A stretch of DNA of 44,154 nucleotides. Origin: Octopus bimaculoides (lineage: Eukaryota). Positions 1-11,135 of this stretch are shown here, in pieces. The position numbers were made by a program, and so were the translations under genes. The stretch lies in the NCBI RefSeq assembly GCF_001194135.2, contig NC_068990.1:77248154-77292307 (forward strand), written 5' to 3'. Every line of letters begins with the position of its first letter. The first letter of the stretch is position 1. The notes beneath the pieces are model-generated. The model worked only from the letters and a program-made list of their open reading frames with translations. It made no database searches and was not told the DNA's origin.

Positions 1-33
<33 letters not shown>

Positions 34-56
34 TATGCACATATATACACGCATAG
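1..56. repeat. (AT)n microsatellite
   Basis: Direct dinucleotide repeat. Confidence 0.95.
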
Positions 57-205
57 CAAATAAATATATAAATTGCTACGTTATTTCATTTTGAGTAATA
101 TATTGCATATAATGATCGATTCAGTTAAGAAATCAGCTCTGGATAATGTGTACAAGCTGTTACTAACACGAAGAACTGATCAAAAGTATTTTTAATACCA
201 TTTAC

Positions 206-305
206 ATCCGTTCATCCATCCATCCATCCACCCTTCTGTCCATCCATCCACCCTTCTGTCCATCCATCCATCGAGCCATCCATCCATCGAGCCATCCATC
301 CATCC
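206..305. repeat. (CCAT)n compound microsatellite
   Basis: CCAT units with duplicated CCACCCTTCTGT and CCATCGAG variants. Confidence 0.9.
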
Positions 306-454
306 CTACGTACATAACCACACGAACATCGTAAGGATACTTTCGAATAGGTAAGCTTGTGTTTGCACATGCGTCTACTCAGGACAATTAATTATGTATA
401 ATAATATTCGTGTGTGAATGTGTGTGGCAATTTCTGGTTTTGGTTTGTTTCCAG

Positions 455-594
455 GCGCAGATAATGAGAAATGGTGGACTGCAAAGGAAGTCAAAGAGGC
501 AATGTCCGTGGATGATACGTGGAGAGGCGAAGGCAGGGATGGACAGGAATTTACTTCCAGAGATAGATCGAAGGAACGTGACAGTAGAACTTAG
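455..594 (+). CDS. Candidate terminal coding exon (ADNEKWWTAKEVKEAMSVDDTWRGEGRDGQEFTSRDRSKERDSRT*), or a decayed LINE C-terminus
   Basis: Strong acceptor ggttttggtttgtttccag| at 454; phase-1 open frame to TAG at 592-594; product not recognised. Confidence 0.3.
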
Positions 595-614
595 GCATAC
601 ATGTATATTTACAT

Positions 615-619
<5 letters not shown>

Positions 620-660
<41 letters not shown>
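620..660. repeat. (ATCT)n microsatellite
   Basis: Direct repeat. Confidence 0.95.
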
Positions 661-959
661 CCACACATACATATACACACGCACACACACGTGCACACAC
701 ACACAAACACACATGCGTATATATNNNNNNNNNNNNNNNNNNNNNNNNNNNNNNNNNNNNNNNNNNNNNNNNNNNNNNNNNNNNNNNNNNNNNNNNNNNN
801 NNNNNNNNNNNNNNNNNNNNNNNATATACATATATATATTATATGCGATGGACTCTCCCGTCGAAGATGGCGTATAAGTGTTCAGCTGTTGCTGAATGAC
901 TGGCACAAATGATTTGTTTATAGTTATCAAATGTTCGTACCGCACATTCACTCACTATC

Positions 960-1126
960 ACCATCAAGCCATCGTTGTGTCAACAGGGGCGCAGTGTTTC
1001 ACGTGTCTGGAGTCGAAATGATCGCAGAGTAACGTGAGATGATGCTCAAGAACACAACACATCACCCGGTCTAGGAACTGAAATCACGATCTCGCGACAG
1101 TGTGTGCAATACCCTAACCGCTAGAC

Positions 1127-1128
<2 letters not shown>
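960..1128 (-). mobile_element. tRNA-derived SINE, family C (working name)
   Basis: Minus strand reads TGGTCTAGCGGTTAGGG (A box) ...TTCAGTTCCTAGACCGGG (B-box-like) ...GTGTTGTGTTCTTGAGCA; homologous to copies at 23749 and 25205. Confidence 0.75.
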
Positions 1129-1173
<45 letters not shown>

Positions 1174-1639
1174 CATACATGCATATTACACACACACGTG
1201 CGCAGATACGCGCGCGTAGGCACATATATGTACATGCAAAAATAATTTAAGAAGTTCGCTTCGCAAACACACAAAATACGGTTTTTGAGGCCCCACTATC
1301 GAATGTGAATCTAAAAATGTGGCGCCGTGAGCAAGAATATTGGTGCTGAGCAAGGCTCCATACGAAAGTTCGTGATACGGCAAAAACGGTAAATGGCCAT
1401 TGGCATGAAGCTTAACACGATAACAAGAAATCGGATACTTTAAATTGGATATAAAATCGCAATATATAGCTTGAGATATATTTGTCGACTGGCAAATATA
1501 TCTCAAGCTTGTCTTGCTGTTTTTCTTGATATGTTTGGTTTAAGAAATATTATGCAAAGAAAATGTAATTTAAAAAAAAAATTATGGTCCCGCTAATCTA
1601 ACAGATTTGCAGCATTTACTTTTGCCAGAACAATATTCA

Positions 1640-2926
1640 AGATTCTAGTGAAAAGTTAAAATATCGACCATGACAATTGCATGGAATGTGATCAAATTAG
1701 GTTTCATATTTAGTATAGTCTCCCTTACGGCCCACACACTTCTTCTATTGCTGTTGCCGTGCTGGGATCTCATTCGTGAAAAAGCTTTCATCCTGTCGAT
1801 GAAAAAATGTTATCAACAGCTGATATGGAGTCATCATCACGGCGATATTAGTTCTCAGACAGGTGTTAATTTCATATTGAGGACAGACGATAGTCAGATG
1901 GGGGCCAAAGCAGGAAATTAGGGAGGGCGGCCAATCAGTTCAAAGCCAGTCAGCACAGCAGTCATTGAAAACAAGGACTTGTGTGCTGGAACATTGTCCT
2001 GATGAAGCAAAACCTCTTTCATCAGTTTTCTTGGGCGCTTGGTCTTAAGAGCCTTCCTTATCTGCCTCAGCTAGTTGGTATAGTACTTTCCATTGATAGT
2101 GTGAGCCTTTTGAAGGTAGTCAACAAACACACTGCTTTTGCATCTCGAAAAACTGAGGCCTTCACATTCACTGCAGATGAAGTGATGTTGGCCTTCTATG
2201 GACCAGGTGAGGAGGAGTGTTTTCACTGTATAGATTGTCTCTTTATCTCGAGTTTAAAGTGTTCAACTACCACTCATCCTGGGCTAGGAAACGTTCAAGA
2301 AAGCCAACTGGATCTGCCTCAAACAATGTCAGATTTTCCCGTGATGTGATCAACCTGGTATGCTTTTGATCAGCTGTCCGAAGACATGGCACCCACCGAG
2401 CAGAAACTTTCATCATGACAAGTTTAGTGTGCAGAACATTGTCAACTCTGTCACAGGATATTCTAATAACATTGACTATCTGATTTATAGTCATTCGCCT
2501 GTCATCTATCACCATGTGGTGAATACGATCAACGTTTTCCTCGGTGGTGGCAGTATTGGAGGTCCAGACCCTGAGTCATCTACAAGACTCTCCCTTCCCT
2601 CCTAAATTTAGCTGCCCACTTTTTCACGATTGATAAAGCTGCAGCGTCATCCCCTAATGTAGTAAACATGTCACCATGAATGGTGTTGGGGGCTAAACCC
2701 TTTTTCTGCAGGTACTTGATAACACCCCGATGCCAAATTTGGACGATTTAAGAGAAGTCGGTACTAGTTACTTCTGAAGGCTTCTTTCAACAGTCAGATG
2801 TCAGTTTACTTGGTACAAAATAGTGCAGTCATGAATAAGAAGAATCGAAATTAGTGCATGCAAGATTTCACAGCTCTAGCATAAATTCTTCAAAATCAGC
2901 CTATGAACTTTTCAGGACACCCTCGC
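1640..2926 (-). mobile_element. Mariner (Tc1/mariner) DNA transposon, near full length, decayed
   Basis: About 1.29 kb; terminal sequence CGAGGGTGTCCTGAAAAAGTTC at 2926 (minus); the other TIR is only vestigial (tgaaaagtt near 1650). Confidence 0.85.
1705..2747 (-). pseudogene. Mariner transposase pseudogene (DD34D type)
   Basis: Minus-strand motifs HRGVIKYL, KKWAAKFRR, SARWVP, QDEW, HQDNVPAHKS, ALAPSDY, KKCVGRKGDY; stops and frameshifts. Confidence 0.9.
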
Positions 2927-2934
2927 GAAGCGTA

Positions 2935-2993
<59 letters not shown>

Positions 2994-3015
2994 ACCACCA
3001 CCACCACCACCACGT
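2935..3015. repeat. (CA)n followed by (CCA)n
   Basis: Direct repeats. Confidence 0.95.
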
Positions 3016-3224
3016 TCACATGTACAAGCACATTTATATCCCTAAACGACATATATTTGGAAATTTTTTATTGTGTGATAGTGGACCAGGCTCTGGTCAG
3101 GTATTCATCTTCGGAAAGCGAGCTGACTCCAATATTTCGTGTCATCTGTTGTGTAGTTTGCATATGGCACGTTCACTGTGTTTGCATTGTGTATGTGTTG
3201 TGCTGTATGTTTGTTTGTTTGTTG

Positions 3225-3225
<1 letters not shown>

Positions 3226-3270
<45 letters not shown>

Positions 3271-3632
3271 NNNNNNNNNNNNNNNNNNNNNNNNNNNNNN
3301 NNNNNNNNNNNNNNNNNNNNNNNNNNNNNNNNNNNNNNNNNNNNNNNNNNNNNNNNNNNNNNNNNNNNNNNNNNNNNNNNNNNNNNNNNNNNNNNNNNNN
3401 NNNNNNNNNNNNNNNNNNNNNNNNNNNNNNNNNNNNNNNNNNNNNNNNNNNNNNNNNNNNNNNNNNNNNNNNNNNNNNNNNNNNNNNNNNNNNNNNNNNN
3501 NNNNNNNNNNNNNNNNNNNNNNNNNNNNNNNNNNNNNNNNNNNNNNNNNNNNNNNNNNNNNNNNNNNNNNNNNNNNNNNNNNNNNNNNNNNNNNNNNNNN
3601 NNNNNNNNNNNNNNNNNNNNNNNNNNNNNNNN

Positions 3633-3688
<56 letters not shown>
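3226..3688. repeat. (GT)n and (AG)n microsatellites flanking a gap
   Basis: Direct repeats on either side of N 3271-3632. Confidence 0.95.
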
Positions 3689-3692
<4 letters not shown>

Positions 3693-4587
3693 TGATAAGG
3701 GGAGAGAAGAAGTGAGTCAGTATGATCAGTTAATGAGAGGAGGGAAGAAGTGAAGAGACGTCGTTCCAAATATACGGCAGGTAATTGCAAGTCAAATGGA
3801 CGAGAAAATTCTCAGTCACAGAGAAGCTACTTGAGTTTGATCTGTTTGAAAGGAGACGAAAATTATCAGAGGAAGGAAGAAGTCAATGATCAACGTCAAT
3901 TTGAGAGAAATGCTGGAAGAAAAAAAGAGGTCTAGATAAAAAGAATAAGAATAATTGCAAAGGGACTAATTGAAACTCAAGAAATAAATGGAGCAGCACA
4001 TGGAGCAGAAAGATTAAGAAGTAATGGTAGTAAACAAAAATAAAATCCGTCCTTTTGGAAGGGCACTATGCAAGTTTGATTCTATGAATCAAAAGCTTTC
4101 ATCTTTATGTTACCCATTCACTGATCTCTTCTATATTACATGAACATTTCCTTTAGTATTCTTTTCTTCAGTTGAAAGCTCTTACCGCTTTCTAAACACT
4201 AGTTCTTGATAACCTTAACTCCCCGGTGATCCGTGTTGCATATTGAAGTGAGAGGAATTAGCCATTGCTTTTCAGAATCCCACATTTGATTGGTTCGTTT
4301 GGCCCACCGTCATGTGACAGATGATTCGATTGTGTGTCTCAGTTCCTGGACAATATTGGTATGGTTCAACTATAAGAAAGCAATATACAAGTAATAATTT
4401 TTTATATATATTCATGTGTTAACAACCAAGAATTATCATGAAGCATATATTTAATATATTGGCACTAACTTACAAAGGTTAATTAGTGTTAATATGTTTA
4501 ATGCAATGAACATTAAAAAGGTAGCCTACAAATAATGGTGCCATTTTAATGTGCGGTCGACATGGCCATTTTGACTTTAGCACTCGG

Positions 4588-4730
4588 TCTAACCCTAACT
4601 TTAATTTTAACCTTCATCCTAAACCCTAATCCTAACCTTAATCCCTAACCCTTAACCTAACCCTAACTCTAAACACTAACTTTAACCGCAGACCCTAACC
4701 GTAATCCTAGCCCTAAACCCTAACCCAAAT
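4588..4730. repeat. Degenerate (TAACCC)n telomere-like array
   Basis: Multiple CTAACC/CCTAAC/CCTAAT units over about 140 bp. Confidence 0.75.
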
Positions 4731-4807
4731 CAGGTAATTTCACGGCGATGAAATTATGCGACGAGATGGGTAAGGAATGTCAGTCAACCACTAATATTAT
4801 TATTATT

Positions 4808-5000
4808 GTCGTTAGTATGCTGGGCAAAATGCTTGGCATTTCGTCTGTCTTTATGCTCTGAGTTCAAATTCGCCGACGTCGACTTTGCCGTTCATCATTT
4901 CGAGGTCGATAAAATAAGTACCAGTTGAACACTGAAGTCGATGTAATTGACTTACCCCACCTTCAAAATTGCTAGCCTTGTGCCAAAATATGAAACCAAT
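4808..5000 (+). mobile_element. tRNA-derived SINE family A, 5'-truncated
   Basis: GAGTTCAAATTC B box; GTCGATAAAATAAGTACCAG core; GCCTTGTGCCAAAA..GAAACCA end. Confidence 0.9.
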
Positions 5001-5015
5001 AGTACTATTATTGTC

Positions 5016-5245
5016 AGAGCAGTGAGCTAGCAGACCCGTTAGCACGCCGGGCAAAATGCTTTACGGCATTTCGTCCGTCTTCACGTTTTAAGTTCAAATT
5101 CCGTAGAGGTCCCCTTTGTCTTTTAGCCTTTCGGGATCGATAAATTAAGTACTAGATGCAACACTGAGAGTCGATGTAATCGATTTACCCTCTCCCCCGT
5201 AATTGCTGGCCCTGTGCCAACATTTGAAACCAATATCATTATTAT
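5016..5245 (+). mobile_element. SINE family A, head-to-tail with previous copy
   Basis: GCAGTGAGCTAGCAGA..GTTAGCACGCCGGGC head; same core; (ATT) tail. Confidence 0.9.
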
Positions 5246-6062
5246 TGTTCAGCCCAACCAAAGCTTTGAGTGGATTTTGGTATACAGGAACGGGCACACA
5301 CACAGTCGAACTCATACAAACACCCACATACACATATATAGTGTATCCTTTCAATCAAAATTATATTCTCATTGCGCAATATCGCTCACAACCTCAACTA
5401 CGTTATATTTTTCCTTCTCCGTTTCAAAGGCAATTGTCATTTCATTACGAATTTTCTGTATGTTATGACCAAACGCACCTCAACTATTTGAATTATGCGA
5501 ATTCATGTCCTTATTCCCACTTCAGTTATTTCCTTCAGTTCAACTATTGTAATATTGAAAAATTATACTAGTCAACATTGGTCGTAACACTTTTTCAAAC
5601 CATAGGAGTAATTCTATACCAACAGAAGCAGAATTAAGAAAACTATACTGACGAGAGCTAATAAAGCCAAAACATATCAAAACCCTTCATATTGCATAAC
5701 AATAAAGATCACACATACATTATACATAATATATAATATTTTTGCTAAAAAGAGTTCTTCATAGTTTTTTAAAATTATCTCTCTGACCACCTCAATTTAT
5801 TTCAGAGACGCTAAAAATTGTTATGAAAGTTTTTGCGTCGTTTTCCCAACTAAAAGATAAATTTCAATTCATTTACAATATTCTTTTGCATGTCAACCAG
5901 TACATCACCACCTATCCGAATTACTTACAGTATATATGTTTCCATAGATGAATTTTTATTGCGATCAAATAACCACATAATATATGTTGCTANNNNNNNN
6001 NNNNNNNNNNNNNNNNNNNNNNNNNNNNNNNNNNNNNNNNNNNNNNNNNNNNNNNNNNNNNN

Positions 6063-6097
<35 letters not shown>

Positions 6098-6616
6098 CAT
6101 ACATACATACGTTACATACATACATGCCACTCGTACACTGGTATGCAGTGACGATGCAAGAAAATCGATGATTTTAAGTGCACTTATTGCTTTCTTAACG
6201 TTTTATGTCAAAAGGTACAAAGTTGGCGATACATTACTAGAGAAACGTATTAAAAGAGTTCCAGTATTTGGTTGCACTTTATTTAAAAGTATAAAAAAAA
6301 ACACATTACGTCGAATATATTTATACTATAAATCTGTAGGCAGTAGTTTACACAGTCATAATGGAACAGATTATATATATATTTATGTGTGTGTGTGTGT
6401 GAGTGTATGTGTGTGTATGTATATACACATGCATATGAAATTGTATATATTCAAATAAAATTTATTCATGTATAACCTGCGATTGAACGTCGATAGGTTA
6501 TCGAGAATTTAAATATAATGAACTGGCTGCACACATTTTCCTCTTCATCATATATATATATATCTCATATTTGCACACTACGCAAGCGTACGCACATGTG
6601 GAAACACATACACACA

Positions 6617-6651
<35 letters not shown>

Positions 6652-6736
6652 TTGGGAAAATATCTGTCTTGCAGATGTTTATGTATGTTTGCATGTATGT
6701 ATATATGTATGTATCTGTCTATCTACTTGCCCATCT

Positions 6737-6990
6737 GTGGAGGCGCAATGGCCCAAGTGGTTAGGGCAGTGGAATCGCGGTCATAGGATCGCGGTTTCGA
6801 TTCCCAGACCAGGCGTTGTGAGTGTTTATTGAGCAAAAACACCTAAAGCTCCACGAGGCTCCGGCAGGGGCTGGTGGTGAACCCTGCTGTACTTTTTCAC
6901 CACAACTTTCTCTCACTCTTACTCCCTGTTTCTGTTGTGCCTGTATTTCAAAGGGTCAGCCTTGTCACACTGTGTCACGCTGAATATTCC
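6737..6990 (+). mobile_element. tRNA-derived SINE family D, 3' part lost at gap
   Basis: TGGCCCAAGTGGTTAGG A box, GGTTTCGATTCC B box; near-identical to 28401-28782 and 38563-38949. Confidence 0.92.
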
Positions 6991-7516
6991 CAGACCAGGC
7001 GTTGTGAGTGTTTATTGAGCGAAAACACCTAAAGCTCCACNNNNNNNNNNNNNNNNNNNNNNNNNNNNNNNNNNNNNNNNNNNNNNNNNNNNNNNNNNNN
7101 NNNNNNNNNNNNNNNNNNNNNNNNNNNNNNNNNNNNNNNNNNNNNNNNNNNNNNNNNNNNNNNNNNNNNNNNNNNNNNNNNNNNNNNNNNNNNNNNNNNN
7201 NNNNNNNNNNNNNNNNNNNNNNNNNNNNNNNNNNNNNNNNNNNNNNNNNNNNNNNNNNNNNNNNNNNNNNNNNNNNNNNNNNNNNNNNNNNNNNNNNNNN
7301 NNNNNNNNNNNNNNNNNNNNNNNNNNNNNNNNNNNNNNNNNNNNNNNNNNNNNNNNNNNNNNNNNNNNNNNNNNNNNNNNNNNNNNNNNNNNNNNNNNNN
7401 NNNNNNNNNNNNNNNNNNNNNNNNNNNNNNNNNNNNNNNNNNNNNNNNNNNNNNNNNNNNNNNNNNNNNNNNNNNNNNNNNNNNNNNNNNNNNNNNNNNN
7501 NNNNNNNNNNNNNNNN

Positions 7517-7572
<56 letters not shown>

Positions 7573-7769
7573 CACACACACACATTTATATCAAGGGCAC
7601 CGAAATGTAATATACTTTTAAGCAAATAGTCTAACCTCATGCAATATATAGATAACAAGGTATCCTTGCAATCAACTACCCAGCATAGTGTTAAGGACCA
7701 AACGTTAATGTGGACACATGCTATGTGTATATCCTGTGTCTGAGAGCCCATAGACAACAAACATTTTAG

Positions 7770-7910
7770 TGAGCTGCATATTCGGTGTTGGATGCTTTTC
7801 GACTTTCCACGGCACAATACAATAAATGTAAGGGAAATGAAAACACATAGTGTGAGTGTTCAGAATTGCCGAAGATGGTTTAACAAATTCGAAAACGATG
7901 GCTTCGACCC
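7770..7910 (+). pseudogene. Mariner transposase N-terminal fragment
   Basis: HIRCWMLFDF and SVSVQNCRRWFNKFENDGFD resemble the mariner HTH region (consensus ..TCQRWF.KF..GDF). Confidence 0.55.
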
Positions 7911-7929
7911 TTCCATACTTAAAACTAAC

Positions 7930-8185
7930 GAAGACCCTTTTAGTTTAGGCGTAGTTTCCCTCTACACCTCTGTACCCACTCTCCCGGTCGTTGATATCCT
8001 CATACACCACTTCACATCCTTATCGCCCCCACATCTCCTTACCCCACCTCCCTCCGCATCTATCCCTTCCTCCACTGCAACCTCCTCCTCCCCATCTTCT
8101 CCTTCATCTTCTTTCACACCCTCAGCACTCAACACCTGCCGCTCATGCATCTTCTTCTCCAGGTACGTTGATGACATCCTGGTTG
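7930..8185 (+). pseudogene. Penelope-like reverse transcriptase remnant
   Basis: In-frame SLGVVSLYTSVP (cf. SFDVxSLYTxIP) and FFSRYVDDIL; intervening region decayed to CT-rich low complexity. Confidence 0.6.
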
Positions 8186-8394
8186 AAATGTCGAAGCATG
8201 CACCCAAGTGTGTGCATCTATTCAAATAAGACAAAAAAATCTCATATGGAGAATTTTTTGGAACATCGGACGAATCTTCACTGTGGCAATAATAGATTCG
8301 ATTTGGAGAATCCGCCTCAGTTTCTTTTGCTCTTTTTCCATCAAACCGAGTATTTCTAGGTTTTTGTGCAAATTTGTATGTATGTTATCAATCA

Positions 8395-8485
8395 GTTTCA
8401 TTTCTGTATTTCTTGTCCATAGAGAAAGAGCCGGACTCTAACATAGATTCAAGGCTCCTTCATTGGAACTTTTATCAACATCATC
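8395..8485. mobile_element. Short interspersed repeat family E
   Basis: GAGAAAGAGCCG..AGAT(T/C)CAAG(G/A)CTC(C/T)TTCATTG shared with 35062-35148. Confidence 0.65.
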
Positions 8486-8497
8486 TAGGTATTTGTG

Positions 8498-8555
<58 letters not shown>

Positions 8556-9232
8556 GTATTTGGTGTTAGTGTATGTGCAGATTTGTATGTTTGTTTTATG
8601 GATGCGTTTTTATGTATATATTTTCATGTCTAGATGCATGCATATGTATTTATGCGCTAAATTTTTGGAAAGTTTTATGTATGCATGTATGTATGTATGC
8701 ATGCATGTATGTATATGTATGTACGTATGTGTATGTATGTGTGTGCGTGTGTCCACTGTACACACAAGTGAAATATATGAAGTATGAAGTCGACGATCTT
8801 AAGTGTACTTTATACGGCTTTGGTAACCATTCATCCTGAAATGCACAATGTTGATAGACTGATAAAAAACGTTATGAAAAATATCACAATTTCACGTTGT
8901 ACCATATCCAAAATGTATAATAATAATAATAATAATATTTATATTTATATTTATGCCATAAACTTGTAGACTGTAGTTATATAGTTATATTTATTTCGCC
9001 TTATATGTACAGACAAACACGCTCTTTCTCTCACATACACATGCGCGCGCGCGGTCGCACACACACACACACACACATACTGACACATGTACTCACACAG
9101 ACGTACATATACACACATGTTGTACTTGCAGACGTTCCTCTAAGGATGCGAAGCCATTAGCAAATTTCAGTGCACTCAACTTAAGTGTAGTTAATGAAAC
9201 TTTCGTATACTTAGCTTGCTCCTGTTTTAAAT

Positions 9233-9375
9233 CAGTGGTTCTTAGCTGGGATCCATATGGTCCTTGGGGGGTTCATATAAGATTTTGCTGTTAAAATTTA
9301 TGTGCAATAAATTGGTTACACTTCTATAATACACAACACATTTCAACAACTTTTTTAATGCAATTGTTAATAATA
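9233..9375. mobile_element. hAT-like MITE, left portion
   Basis: Starts CAGTGGTTCTTAGC, similar to the TIR of 27149 and 30442. Confidence 0.5.
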
Positions 9376-9544
9376 TTTAGCCTTTAGCACACTGAATTTT
9401 CTCTTGAATTGTTTCCCCTGTTACTACAGGGGAGAAAACTCATATGGTAGCATGATGCGCCTACAGTGTGCTAAAGTTTAATGATAAAAATATAATACGA
9501 TTTTTAAATATTGAATGGCTAGAAGGGTCCATCCGAGTAAAACA

Positions 9545-10270
9545 TGACCTTTTGCCATCTTTCTGGCAACTTCATGATTCCGCGCTCATAGAAATTCTGC
9601 TTATCAGCCAAAAACTGAAGCAAGTGCAATTTCAAGTCATCATCATTATTGAAAGTTTTATCCTTCAGAGAATTTTGCAAACTTCGAAATAAATGGTAAT
9701 CTGATGGTTCAAGTTCAGGGCTATATGATGGATGTGACATCACTTCGCAACCAGGCTACAATAATTTTTCACGAGTTAGTAAATACGTGGTCATGGTGGA
9801 ACACGATTCCTTTAAGATTTGCCAATTCTGGTCGTTTTCCATTGATTGCTTCCTCCAGTTTCATTATTTGTTGACAGTAAACATCTGAATTGATCGTTTG
9901 GTTCCTTGGAAGCAGCTCAAAATACACAACACCTTTTTAATCCCACCAAATTGACAGCATGTTCTTATTTTGATGCAATTCAACATTCAGTGTGGTTTGT
10001 GTTGGTTCATTACGCTTGGACAATCATCGTTTTCGATTGTTGATATTGTAGACAATGCATTTTTCATCATCAGTGATAATTCATTTCAAGATCGATTTCA
10101 TTGCATTTGAGATGCATATCTTAAATATTGATTCGTTGTGTTAAGTGAATCTATTTCACTTTATCTGGGGCCCAAATATCGAGCTCCTTAACGAGTCCAA
10201 GACATTTTAAATGATTTTCAGTTGTGTGCAAACTTCTTAGTAATCTCTTGCACAGTTATATGGAATTCAT
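9545..10270 (-). pseudogene. Second mariner transposase pseudogene (central and C-terminal part)
   Basis: ELDIWAP, MLSIWWD*KGVVYFELLPRNQTINSDVYCQQ, GIVFHHD, HPSYSPELEPSDYHLFRSLQN, FYERGIMKLPERWQKV. Confidence 0.92.
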
Positions 10271-11135
10271 GAAGGTCCCGCCAGACCTTGACGAATGCCA
10301 TGAGGTAGGAAAGTATACTACCCATTATATATTTAATACTCAATATTTCATAATATTCAATATTTCATAATATTCAATAAGACATTCAATACTTCATTTC
10401 ATTTTACTATTTATATTATATATTCCATATTCTATATCCCACATTAGTTTTATAAGAATATAAATAAAACATAAAAGACAGACAGAGCTGGAAATTTTTT
10501 AAATAATATATATATATATATANNNNNNNNNNNNNNNNNNNNNNNNNNNNNNNNNNNNNNNNNNNNNNNNNNNNNNNNNNNNNNNNNNNNNNNNNNNNNN
10601 NNNNNNNNNNNNNNNNNNNNNNNNNNNNNNNNNNNNNNNNNNNNNNNNNNNNNNNNNNNNNNNNNNNNNNNNNNNNNNNNNNNNNNNNNNNNNNNNNNNN
10701 NNNNNNNNNNNNNNNNNNNNNNNNNNNNNNNNNNNNNNNNNNNNNTATATATATATATACATACAGCATACGGAAGATCTTTAAATGTCGTAACAAATTT
10801 TGATTGGATACGGAATAAGAAAGCGCCACTAGATGTCGCTCGTGGCCATACGCCAATGAGTGACATCTAATGAACAGCGGTTGGGAGGTGGCAATGTGTT
10901 CGCGGTTTCGTAGGAGAAATTGAATATGAATACATGGAAAATAAATAAATGTACATATATGTGTGTGTGTGTCTGTGTGTGTGTGATTTGTATGTGTGTG
11001 TGTGTGTGATATGTATGTATGTGTGTATGTATGATTTTATGCATATACATATATATTTATCTGTGCATATATATATGCATGTGTGTATGCATCTGTATAT
11101 ATATATATATATAGATATATATATATATATATATA

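Noticed and set aside
4170-4370. Splice-flanked segment on either strand
   Set aside because: All frames on both strands contain stops; no further support
6985-7040. Internal duplication in SINE D as a novel dimeric SINE
   Set aside because: It repeats 6800-6856 via ATTCCC microhomology immediately at a gap edge; most likely an assembly artifact
7792-8229. 145-aa ORF as a single gene or mariner-RT fusion
   Set aside because: Chance in-frame juxtaposition of a mariner fragment and a Penelope RT remnant with a low-complexity interior
9382-9476. 13-bp inverted repeat CTTTAGCACACTG/CAGTGTGCTAAAG as a 95-bp MITE
   Set aside because: The orientation fits outward-facing ends of two adjacent TA|CAGTG-type elements equally well; no TSD found
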